Origin: a virus
Taxonomy: Duplodnaviria; Caudoviricetes
Virus record (IMG/VR): IMGVR_UViG_3300020236_000130
Span: 1 to 40,015 of that record
Length of the DNA: 40,015 nucleotides
Reading direction: 5' to 3' (one strand)
A program made the position numbers and the translations under genes. Positions 35,104 through 40,015 of this stretch are shown here, piece by piece. The notes under the pieces are model-generated. The model was not told the DNA's origin. It ran no database searches and worked only from the letters and a program-made list of their open reading frames with translations. The stretch's first letter is position 1. Each line of letters begins with the position of its first letter.

Positions 35104-36708
35104 ATGATAGAGCTGACAGATTTACGCTCTAAAAACAGTAAGCATTTTCTTACTGGCATATTGCCTGACGGCGCTCTTCAGATGCAGGCAGTTATTGGTG
35201 GGGATATTTCTCACTACAAAGACAATAACGGCGTCTGGCAGGATATAGACTTTTCTCTATCAGAGTCTGCCCCTGCTCCTTTCACTCATCAATTTACTAA
35301 GGGACATTACAGTGTCCTCATCAATGCAAACACAGGCAAGCTTAGGATATATCCGGACAGACAGGATAACAGTAAATATATTGTTATTGGCACAGTAAAC
35401 AATACAGCAGTCAATGTCCAGGTAATCGATAAACATCTTGTACGTATTTCCAAAAATACTCCGGATGTTACATATAATTTTTTCCTTACTGATAAGGGAA
35501 TAAAGACAAATATTGTATTAAAAAATTCAAACGCTCCTTCATCTTATAATTTTGAATTTAAACTCAGTGGAGGATTAACAAGACAGGGAAGAGAAATCTA
35601 TGATGGAAATAAAATTGTAGGCACTCTTCCAAATCCTTTTCTTTATGACTCTTCAGCAGATCCTGAATATCGTGGGGTAGCTGAATCTTTCGAAAATGGA
35701 GCAGTCACCCTCACAGTTAATTTATCAGGGCTGACCTATCCTGTTATCATTGACCCGACTCTGACTGTTCAGCCCAGCACCAATGATTCAACAATGAAGA
35801 AAGGAACCCCAACCACTAATTATGGTACAAATATAAGTTTACAAATAGCAGGAGATGCTGGGGGGACACTTTATGAAAGAACAATTATAAATTTTAATTT
35901 CGCTTCTTTGCCTTCTGGTATTATTATTGTAAGTGCTGCCATGTCGCTGTACCGGTATGGTTATTTTAATAGTGATGCGGTTGGCAGAACTTATACCGCT
36001 TTAAGGTGCACCAGAACAAATTGGACGGAAGGAGGAGTTGCATGGGATACATATGATGGTACTAATAATTGGACTGCTTCTGGTGGGGATTATACTACAA
36101 CCGATTATAATCAAGAGACAGTTCCGGCCATAGGAAATTGGATGGATTTTTCAAGTCTTAAAGCTCAAGTTGATTATGCAATAAATAATACAAGTGAAAT
36201 TATACACATCATTATTGCAGAAGATACTGAATCAGCGGGTGATTATACATCACAATTTTATTCAAATGATTATACAACCGACACTGCTCTGCGCCCAAAA
36301 TTAATAATTAATTATAACTATGCTATAGTGCTTACAGAACTTATAAACCTGTCTGATGATATATCAAAGCTGGCTGGCAAAGACCTTTCAGATTCAATAA
36401 CCCTGACAGACCTTGCAAATTTTCTTATTACCATAACAGAAAATGAAACATTAACCCTGACAGATGCTATAAGCACAGCACTTAATAAATTCAAAATACT
36501 TACAGAAGCATTAACCTTATCTGAAACTATTGCTCTTTTAACCAAGCGGACACTGGCTGACGGAGTGACACTGTCCGATGCTATCTCAGCTTATGCGTTT
36601 AAACCGAATAAGCCGCTTGCATCTTACAGCACAAAATTATTGATAGATATGTTTCTTGACAGCGGGACAAGGTTGTTTTCAGGGGACGATATTTATATCA
36701 ATGAATGA
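35104..36708 (+). CDS. Putative receptor-binding protein with a DNRLRE-like carbohydrate-binding domain and C-terminal ~16-aa repeats
   Basis: YPVIIDPT linker; DSTMKKGTPTTNYG...RTIINFN...IVSAAMSLY...RPKLIINY; repeated L(S/T)D/E-x-I-T-L-T-D units. Confidence 0.65.
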   Translation: MIELTDLRSKNSKHFLTGILPDGALQMQAVIGGDISHYKDNNGVWQDIDFSLSESAPAPFTHQFTKGHYSVLINANTGKLRIYPDRQDNSKYIVIGTVNNTAVNVQVIDKHLVRISKNTPDVTYNFFLTDKGIKTNIVLKNSNAPSSYNFEFKLSGGLTRQGREIYDGNKIVGTLPNPFLYDSSADPEYRGVAESFENGAVTLTVNLSGLTYPVIIDPTLTVQPSTNDSTMKKGTPTTNYGTNISLQIAGDAGGTLYERTIINFNFASLPSGIIIVSAAMSLYRYGYFNSDAVGRTYTALRCTRTNWTEGGVAWDTYDGTNNWTASGGDYTTTDYNQETVPAIGNWMDFSSLKAQVDYAINNTSEIIHIIIAEDTESAGDYTSQFYSNDYTTDTALRPKLIINYNYAIVLTELINLSDDISKLAGKDLSDSITLTDLANFLITITENETLTLTDAISTALNKFKILTEALTLSETIALLTKRTLADGVTLSDAISAYAFKPNKPLASYSTKLLIDMFLDSGTRLFSGDDIYINE

Positions 36709-36711
36709 AAA

Positions 36712-39054
36712 ATGCCTATAACATTATATGAAAGAAAGCTCTTAAATGAGCCGGCAATAAACAGGAAGCTGTCAGATATTTTTTATGGCATTGTGTCTCC
36801 GTCCAATGTGAGACCCAAGTTCTCAAATGCAGACGGCTATTTCACGGATTTATTAAATGCCGGCGAGGAGTTCAGGAATAAAAGAGTCAAGCTCAGGAGA
36901 TACGAGCCCGGGGACTCCCCTGCGATATTATTTGAGCTCTCGGGCATAATCATTGATTTTAATTTTACTGATGTTGCCGAGTTTACAGTGTCAGTCAATG
37001 ATCCAGATCCACTTCAAACTCTTTTGCCAAAGAAGGTTTATGAAACTGATGATTTGCCGGAAAATCCTCCGAATGAAATTAATCCAGAGCGTGATTTAGG
37101 CAAGCCATTTCCCCTGCCTTTTGGAATGCCGAATAAAGTCTCACTTATGTATGTACATGCAAATTTTACAACAGATGAATATGATTATATTGTAGCAGTA
37201 GATATTATCCAAAAAGTAAAGACTGTTTATAGAAATAAAGTAGTAGTAGATAGTTCAGAATATACAGTTTACGATGGCTCGCAGAGTAGTCCATATCCTG
37301 GCACAGCCTTTATCAGATTCACAAAAGAGCAGAGGGATTTTCAGGGTCGCCTGTACGAGTTCACAGCTGATATATGGGGATTTACTTTTGGGGGCGGAAA
37401 TCACTCTATGAAAATCGTGGATTTCATAGAGAACATTTTGTCTAATTCTAAATGGGGGCTTGGTGAAACAATAAACACAGCATCATTTGATGCGGCCAGA
37501 ACTGCTGTGGCTGGTTTTGGGGGAACTTTCAATGGAACCGGGGTTATTGATGCCCAGGTCTCTGCTCAGGACATTCTGAATGAGCTGTTGTTTTTATGCA
37601 GGGGCAAGCTGCATAAAAACGAGGCAGGCGAATGGACCCTGACGATTGACACCTATCAGGAGGTTGTCACTGCGTCATTTGGAAGCGGAGATAAAAAATT
37701 CGAGAATATCAAAAAGATTTCGTCATACAAAAAGACCCCTACAAAAGAAGCAATAAAAAAATATACGCTTAATTACAGATACAACAGATGGGAACAGGCA
37801 TTTGCCAACAAGAATGAAAGAAATATCTTTGCCTTTGGCGAGGATAAAGAGCACAACACAAAATGGGTGAGAAATCATACAACAGCTGATATTATTACCT
37901 GTTACCAGCAAAAATTAATGCAGCAGGGCGATACCAGGCTCAGGATTGAAGTCGGCATGGAGGGCCGGGCACTGGCCCTCAGGAATACAGTTAAAATTAT
38001 AATTCCCCGGCTGAATATTGACGGGGAATTTCAGATAAGGTCAATCAGAAAGAGCCTGACCAGGTACGAACTTGATTTAATATCTTATAATTCAACGATT
38101 TATGATTATACAATCGGGACTTTACCTCCTGATGCAACTCCTGATAATACTCCTGATTATTCCAATACTGCCCCTGCTGCTCCGACCAGCTTCACTATAG
38201 ATGCACAGGGCATAGACCAGGGCACAGACGGCACAACAACAACGTATTATGAGCTAAGCGCAACTGCCCCGGCCGCTAACTTCTCCCACATGATTTTTGG
38301 CTATAAAAAGGCCGGCAGTTCGGCCTATAAATATCTTGAGGGCGAGCTGGGAAGCGGGGAAATATGGAAGATCAGGATTGAGGGGTTGACTCCGGGGATC
38401 TCCTATAATCTGGCAGCGGTCTCAGTTAATGCCTTTAACCTTAAATCCTCGCTTGCAACATTATTATCTCAACTGGCGCCCGGAGACACAACCGGCCCGG
38501 GGACTGTAAGCGGACTGACCGGCTCAGGCAAATACAAGACCTGGCACTGGAAATGGAACGCAAGGACAGAGGATGATTTAAGAGATTATGATGTCCAGAT
38601 CGGCACAACTCCCGGCGGGAATAATGTCTTTGACGGGTATGTAGCAGGGACCAGCATTGACTTTACTGACAATTCTCAGGGATACGGTACTTTATACTGC
38701 CGGGTTAAGGCAAGGGACCTGACCGGCAACTTAAGTAGTTCATGGACATCTAATGTAGCAGCAACAACAAGTCAGACGCAGGCAGGTGATATCGGCGGCA
38801 ACCAGGTAACATATCCAAAAAGACAATTAGTTGAGGAACAAAGTGCAAGTTTTAATCTTGCTCCTGGAGTAGGTCAAAATAATATTTTTGTTCACAATTT
38901 TAGTAGAAAACCTATTATTACTGCTACAATAGGGATACCTATAGAATTATTGGAAATTCAAATAGCTTCATATACTGCCGATTCTTTCAATGCCTCTACT
39001 AAAAATAATAATACCCAAACATTAATAGGTACAATTCTTGTAACTTATTGGTAA
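36712..39054 (+). CDS. Central tail tip/host-specificity protein with FN3 domains
   Basis: GKPFPLPFG hub-like N-terminus; FN3 signatures IEGLTPGISYNLAAVSVN and LYCRVKARDLTGN. Confidence 0.75.
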   Translation: MPITLYERKLLNEPAINRKLSDIFYGIVSPSNVRPKFSNADGYFTDLLNAGEEFRNKRVKLRRYEPGDSPAILFELSGIIIDFNFTDVAEFTVSVNDPDPLQTLLPKKVYETDDLPENPPNEINPERDLGKPFPLPFGMPNKVSLMYVHANFTTDEYDYIVAVDIIQKVKTVYRNKVVVDSSEYTVYDGSQSSPYPGTAFIRFTKEQRDFQGRLYEFTADIWGFTFGGGNHSMKIVDFIENILSNSKWGLGETINTASFDAARTAVAGFGGTFNGTGVIDAQVSAQDILNELLFLCRGKLHKNEAGEWTLTIDTYQEVVTASFGSGDKKFENIKKISSYKKTPTKEAIKKYTLNYRYNRWEQAFANKNERNIFAFGEDKEHNTKWVRNHTTADIITCYQQKLMQQGDTRLRIEVGMEGRALALRNTVKIIIPRLNIDGEFQIRSIRKSLTRYELDLISYNSTIYDYTIGTLPPDATPDNTPDYSNTAPAAPTSFTIDAQGIDQGTDGTTTTYYELSATAPAANFSHMIFGYKKAGSSAYKYLEGELGSGEIWKIRIEGLTPGISYNLAAVSVNAFNLKSSLATLLSQLAPGDTTGPGTVSGLTGSGKYKTWHWKWNARTEDDLRDYDVQIGTTPGGNNVFDGYVAGTSIDFTDNSQGYGTLYCRVKARDLTGNLSSSWTSNVAATTSQTQAGDIGGNQVTYPKRQLVEEQSASFNLAPGVGQNNIFVHNFSRKPIITATIGIPIELLEIQIASYTADSFNASTKNNNTQTLIGTILVTYW

Positions 39055-39063
39055 GGAGAATAT

Positions 39064-39273
39064 ATGGCAAAATTTATGATTATTGATAATGACGGAAATA
39101 TTCAGAGAACAATTAATCTCCCTTATCCTGGGACATTAATTAATATTTCTGATATGCCAGATGAGGAATGGGAAGGATGGTATCAAAGACTTCACGAAGT
39201 CAAAGTAGATATGGAATCAAAAGGCAACCATAAAAAAGACCCAAGAGGTCTGCCGAAGATTGTTGAGAAATAA
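39064..39273 (+). CDS. Small hypothetical protein (possible fibre chaperone)
   Basis: AAGGAG RBS; last phage ORF. Confidence 0.6.
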   Translation: MAKFMIIDNDGNIQRTINLPYPGTLINISDMPDEEWEGWYQRLHEVKVDMESKGNHKKDPRGLPKIVEK

Positions 39274-39338
39274 CCTGCTTTCCTATATATTGGGTAAAGC
39301 GGTACGGGGGGTTATATTAGGGGCAGACCGGAACATTA

Positions 39339-39477
39339 ATTGAGAACCAAGGGAAACATTGAGAACCAAGGGAAATATTGAGAACCAAGGGAAACATTGA
39401 GAATCAAGGGAAACATTGAGAATCAAGGGAAACATTGAGAATCAAGGGAAACATTGAGAATCAAGGGAAACATTGAG
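39339..39477. repeat. Tandem array of 7 x 19-bp ATTGAGAA(C/T)CAAGGGAAA(C/T) plus a partial eighth
   Basis: Units start at 39339, 39358, 39377, 39396, 39415, 39434 and 39453; no spacers. Confidence 0.95.
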
Positions 39478-39528
39478 GGAAATCAGCGCATAAAATCAAA
39501 AGTGTTTTGACTCAGTCAAATGGTTTTA

Positions 39529-39578
39529 GAAAGTGACTTATCGCATTTTTTCGCACACAATTATCGCACGCGGCTACA
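39529..39578 (-). repeat. Right end (attR) inverted repeat
   Basis: Two TTATCGCA boxes; ends CTACA; followed by the TGCAGG duplication (39579-39584). Confidence 0.9.
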
Positions 39579-39753
39579 TGCAGGAAGGATACTGGACAAG
39601 CCAGCATGACAGACATGATGAATAATTAAAAGGGCAGGATAGCATGACTTTTTTAGGACATTTCTATTTTGGTATTACACACATTTACTATCCGCAAGAA
39701 TTCGAATTAAAAGGGCTATTCGGAAATTATATGGGGAGATTATGACAAAAATT

Positions 39754-39762
39754 TGATATAAT
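39754..39762 (+). promoter_or_regulatory. Extended -10 promoter for a probably leaderless coaE
   Basis: TGATATAAT 5 nt before ATG 39768; no Shine-Dalgarno in between. Confidence 0.5.
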
Positions 39763-39767
39763 TTATT

Positions 39768-40015
39768 ATGCCATTCATTGGCCTCACAGGCAGTCTCGGG
39801 ATGGGGAAGACAACTGTCCTGAGATTCTTTAAGAAATCAGGGGCATATATAATTAATGCTGATGCGGTTGTTCACGAACTATTGGAAGACCGGTCAATAA
39901 TAAAAAAACTTGTCATCCTCCTCAGCAAAGATATTCTGAAAAAAAAATCCCTGACTACCGATAGGCAAGTCTCGCGGGTATCGATAAATAAAAAACGTAT
40001 GGCAGATATAATCTT
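39768..40015 (+). CDS. coaE: Dephospho-CoA kinase (host gene, 5' part; runs off the window)
   Basis: MPFIGLTGSLGMGKTTV...GAYIINADAVVHELL...INKKRMADII. Confidence 0.92.
   Translation, partial: MPFIGLTGSLGMGKTTVLRFFKKSGAYIINADAVVHELLEDRSIIKKLVILLSKDILKKKSLTTDRQVSRVSINKKRMADII

Larger units (their letters stand above)
426..39578 (+). mobile_element. Complete transposable (Mu/B3-like) prophage, siphovirus-type tail
   Basis: 5'-TG...CA-3' ends, TGCAGG duplicated at 420-425 and 39579-39584, terminal inverted repeats, DDE transposase plus ATPase, Gam, GemA, Mor, full head and tail modules, no tail sheath gene recognised. Confidence 0.97.

Noticed and set aside
5752-37911. Numerous minus-strand ORFs antisense to early and structural genes
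   Set aside because: Shadow frames of well-supported plus-strand genes, without RBS or recognisable motifs.
35104-39273. Diversity-generating retroelement or invertible tail-fibre cassette
   Set aside because: No reverse transcriptase, invertase, TR/VR pair or inverted crossover sites were found by eye.
39339-39477. CRISPR mini-array
   Set aside because: Units are head-to-tail with no unique spacers, and no cas genes were seen.
426-39578. Genome-wide TGA reassignment (alternative genetic code)
   Set aside because: Many genes end at TGA with ATGA overlaps to the next gene (e.g. 13102, 14805, 20061), and long ORFs are intact in code 11; only the MuF TGA looks recoded.
149-39695. ACATTTACTATCCGC as attL/attR core of an integrase-type prophage
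   Set aside because: No tyrosine or serine integrase is present; the TG...CA ends with a 6-bp duplication explain the insertion.

Overview
Almost the whole window (426-39578, about 39.15 kb) is one apparently complete transposable (Mu/B3-like) prophage with a siphovirus-type tail. It is bounded by TGTAG...CTACA termini with ~50-bp imperfect inverted repeats and a 6-bp target duplication (TGCAGG), and sits in a host intergenic region upstream of coaE. Gene order: leftward immunity operon (repressor plus two secreted proteins, one with a GTA start missed by the ORF track); rightward early operon (Ner-like, HisKA-like mini-protein, IclR-HTH, DUF3102, DDE transposase A, ATPase B, Gam, ThyA, GemA, Mor); lysis; terminase; portal; MuF; fused protease-scaffold-capsid; neck; tail tube; frameshifted chaperones; tape measure; tail tip. 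The most notable observations: (1) a textbook type II pseudoknot hammerhead ribozyme in the late transcript whose stem III is a palindromic mobile repeat; (2) an in-frame TGA at the conserved second Cys of the MuF C-terminal CxC motif, a candidate selenocysteine or readthrough site in a virion protein; (3) about 25 short palindromic REP/RPE-like elements shared with the host flank, which nest inside each other, show compensatory base changes and insert in frame in phage proteins; (4) a 7 x 19-bp tandem array near the right end; (5) virion-module proteins with export signals; (6) a stand-alone histidine-kinase H-box-like peptide. All family assignments come from reading motifs and synteny, not from database searches.
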